IMG/VR virus record: IMGVR_UViG_2860317346_000001
Coordinates: 124,001-174,953 of that record
DNA from: an uncultured virus (IMG/VR IMGVR_UViG_2860317346_000001)
Lineage: Duplodnaviria > Heunggongvirae > Uroviricota > Caudoviricetes
Reading direction: 5' to 3' (one strand)
Length of the DNA stretch: 50,953 nucleotides
The position numbers were made by a program, and so were the translations under genes. Below the pieces are notes generated by a model. The model saw only the letters and a list, made by a program, of their open reading frames with translations, was not told where the DNA came from and did no database searches. Shown in pieces: positions 48,854 to 50,953 of this stretch. The first letter of the stretch is position 1. Each line of letters opens with the position of its first letter.

Positions 48854-50314
48854 ATGAATAAATTACATATGCGTGTATTAATTGAATACGTGCGATTTTA
48901 TGTTGATACGAACTATTACACACTTATAATTGGTGATGGTGAAGAGAAATATACGTTAAAATCGAAACGTGACTTGAAACACGGACAACAACCGTATAGT
49001 TATATACACAAAAAACTTCTTGATATGCAATCAGCTGGACTCGTTATCACAGACTACTGTGATTCACTGGAGCCACACGACCAGAAACTGTATTTGCAAA
49101 AACACGGGTGGTATGACCAACCAACTGGACAACACCCTAGAATGATTAAAGTTATAAACGGATTACCTTACATCGTCAACGGTACACCCAATATGGCGGT
49201 AGTATCAGAATTTAAAACCAAAAATGGTAGTTTATACGGTACATACCCAACCGGACTCATGTGTGTTCGTAGTGATAATTTTGTGATAAATGGTGATTAT
49301 TCCGTTGTAAATGGCGATTTGTATCGCATTAACGATGATTTTACAACAGATTGTGTTACGTGGAATCATGGTATTGAACAGGTGTTGGAAGATTTACCTG
49401 AAATACAAACTAAACGGTTTAAATACCCAGATTTTAACGAATTGGAAAAAACTACGGATGTGGAGTGTGTTGCGACGATGTTTAATTTGAAGAAACCTAT
49501 TACCATAACCGTTGGTGTTGAAGACGGTCAGTATGTAGCTAGCGAAGTTGAATACGCTAATAAATCTGGTTATGGTTCAACCGTTAGTGATGCCGTGTGT
49601 GATTTAATCGATACACAGATTGCCGCCGCGGTTGATGGTTATCTTGGATACCCAGAGAATATGTTATCCACCGATGGTTTAGCGTACAAAACTAAACTTG
49701 GTGAAGCTTATGCGATTGACACATCGACACCACCTCACTTCAGTACGATAACAATTGATTACGTTAGACGTGTTAACGGGTATAAGTATTACACGGTTAT
49801 CGTTGGTAACGAATTATACACCATTAAAACCAAATCTAAGGTTAAAACAGGTCGACAACCGTATAGGGTGTTGCATAGACTTATAACTTCGTCGTTGGTA
49901 CCTGAAAGTATCGTGATAACCGATTACATTAAATCGGAAAACATTGGTAATGACCCGATTTTAGAAGACCTTACACATGGATGGTACGATGGTACGGTTA
50001 AAAATAGCCCAGTTATCAAAATGATAAACGGGTTACCTTACATTTTCAATGGTACACGAAATTATATCACGGATAAAATAACAACGGAAAATGGTGTGTT
50101 GTACGATACATACATGGATGGTATATTAGCAGCTGATGATTGTGATTTTACAATAGGTGATGATTATTATATCAAAAGTGGGCGGTTGTATATCATAGAT
50201 GATAGTTGTAATGCGTCTCGCGTATACACTAGTTCGCGTGATGAACTATTTGAAATTGAAGGCGTTAAAATTGAAAAATTCACTTACCCATTTACGATAT
50301 GGTCGAAACAATGA
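48854..50314 (+). CDS. Two IDD-family domains flanking a HicB-N-like domain
   Basis: Internal duplication (YVR..YYT..HGWYD..INGLPYI); central SGYGSTVSDAV. Confidence 0.8.
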   Translation: MNKLHMRVLIEYVRFYVDTNYYTLIIGDGEEKYTLKSKRDLKHGQQPYSYIHKKLLDMQSAGLVITDYCDSLEPHDQKLYLQKHGWYDQPTGQHPRMIKVINGLPYIVNGTPNMAVVSEFKTKNGSLYGTYPTGLMCVRSDNFVINGDYSVVNGDLYRINDDFTTDCVTWNHGIEQVLEDLPEIQTKRFKYPDFNELEKTTDVECVATMFNLKKPITITVGVEDGQYVASEVEYANKSGYGSTVSDAVCDLIDTQIAAAVDGYLGYPENMLSTDGLAYKTKLGEAYAIDTSTPPHFSTITIDYVRRVNGYKYYTVIVGNELYTIKTKSKVKTGRQPYRVLHRLITSSLVPESIVITDYIKSENIGNDPILEDLTHGWYDGTVKNSPVIKMINGLPYIFNGTRNYITDKITTENGVLYDTYMDGILAADDCDFTIGDDYYIKSGRLYIIDDSCNASRVYTSSRDELFEIEGVKIEKFTYPFTIWSKQ

Positions 50315-50850
50315 AATTTGGTAAACCTGATGCGATGTTAACGATAATAAACCGAGTACGAGCACGCCATCGAAGAGTTATAGGATTTGACATTAAATCG
50401 GACCAAGGTTTGGTTAATATAAACATAGCGTGTGAAACTGAAATTAAATCACCGCATAAATATATAACCGTATCGCAGTTTTTAGCACTCGTATCACGAG
50501 AAGACGTGTCTATACGGATACACGAGTATGATAATCCTAACGGTAAACTATTCACGGCTGTTACGATTAAAGGGTATCCGATACATGAAAACCCGTTATC
50601 CGATATGTTTGTTGTTGGTGAAGGTATTTTTCTATTGGATGAACAACGGTACGAATTGCACATACCCGGTTCGTTAACGTTTAATTATAAAGATTGGGCT
50701 ATCATTAATGGTAAAATCTACACGATAGACGATAACACAATGGCACACCATACAAGGGTCGATGAATTACCTAGATTACTCGACTGTTTACGTAACGATA
50801 GCGAAGTGGAACATTATGTCGTATCCGAATTATACGAAAGCGCTAAATGA
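50311..50850 (+). CDS. IDD-motif family member
   Basis: IKGYPI...DWAIINGKIYTIDDN. Confidence 0.7.
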   Translation: MKFGKPDAMLTIINRVRARHRRVIGFDIKSDQGLVNINIACETEIKSPHKYITVSQFLALVSREDVSIRIHEYDNPNGKLFTAVTIKGYPIHENPLSDMFVVGEGIFLLDEQRYELHIPGSLTFNYKDWAIINGKIYTIDDNTMAHHTRVDELPRLLDCLRNDSEVEHYVVSELYESAK

Positions 50851-50953
50851 TTATGAAGTGGATGTGGCGTGGGTTGCAAACTGTAATTTAGCACATGACA
50901 TGATTTTTGATTATACATCAATTAATGGTACGGTCCGTCTTGAGGTATTGAAA

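Noticed and set aside
779..50663. Minus-strand ORFs in the ORF track
   Set aside because: Nearly all are shadows of longer + strand genes and lack an RBS or recognisable motifs

Overview
A gene-dense segment with essentially all credible genes on the + strand. It looks like part of a large archaeal virus or extrachromosomal element, probably from a euryarchaeal methanogen (Methanococcales-like). Evidence for that host is GGTGA-type RBS motifs, oligo-T terminators, an archaeal histone fold, an EarA homologue, a tRNA with a BHB intron and tRNA-Arg(GCG). The main finding is a very divergent, minimal two-barrel DNA-dependent RNA polymerase encoded as two adjacent genes: 2885-4534 (beta'/A'-like, with DFDGD) and 4557-5645 (beta/B-like, with ED and K...QKG motifs). 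A conserved ~45-bp motif precedes the first three genes upstream of it. The window also contains: a histone with a 109-aa acidic tail and an altered tetramer interface; a long non-coding RNA cluster (normal tRNAs, a tRNA-Tyr with a 192-nt BHB intron, tRNA mimics with missing or replaced anticodon loops, several large hairpin-rich regions, and CpG-poor AT-rich cassettes next to tRNAs); three tandem peptides ending in VICx(C/G); a NAMPT gene broken by an in-frame TGA; a ParA cassette; a radical SAM enzyme; an RNA-ligase-like protein; a DEDD exonuclease; and several expanded paralogue families. All calls come from visual motif recognition; no database searches were run.
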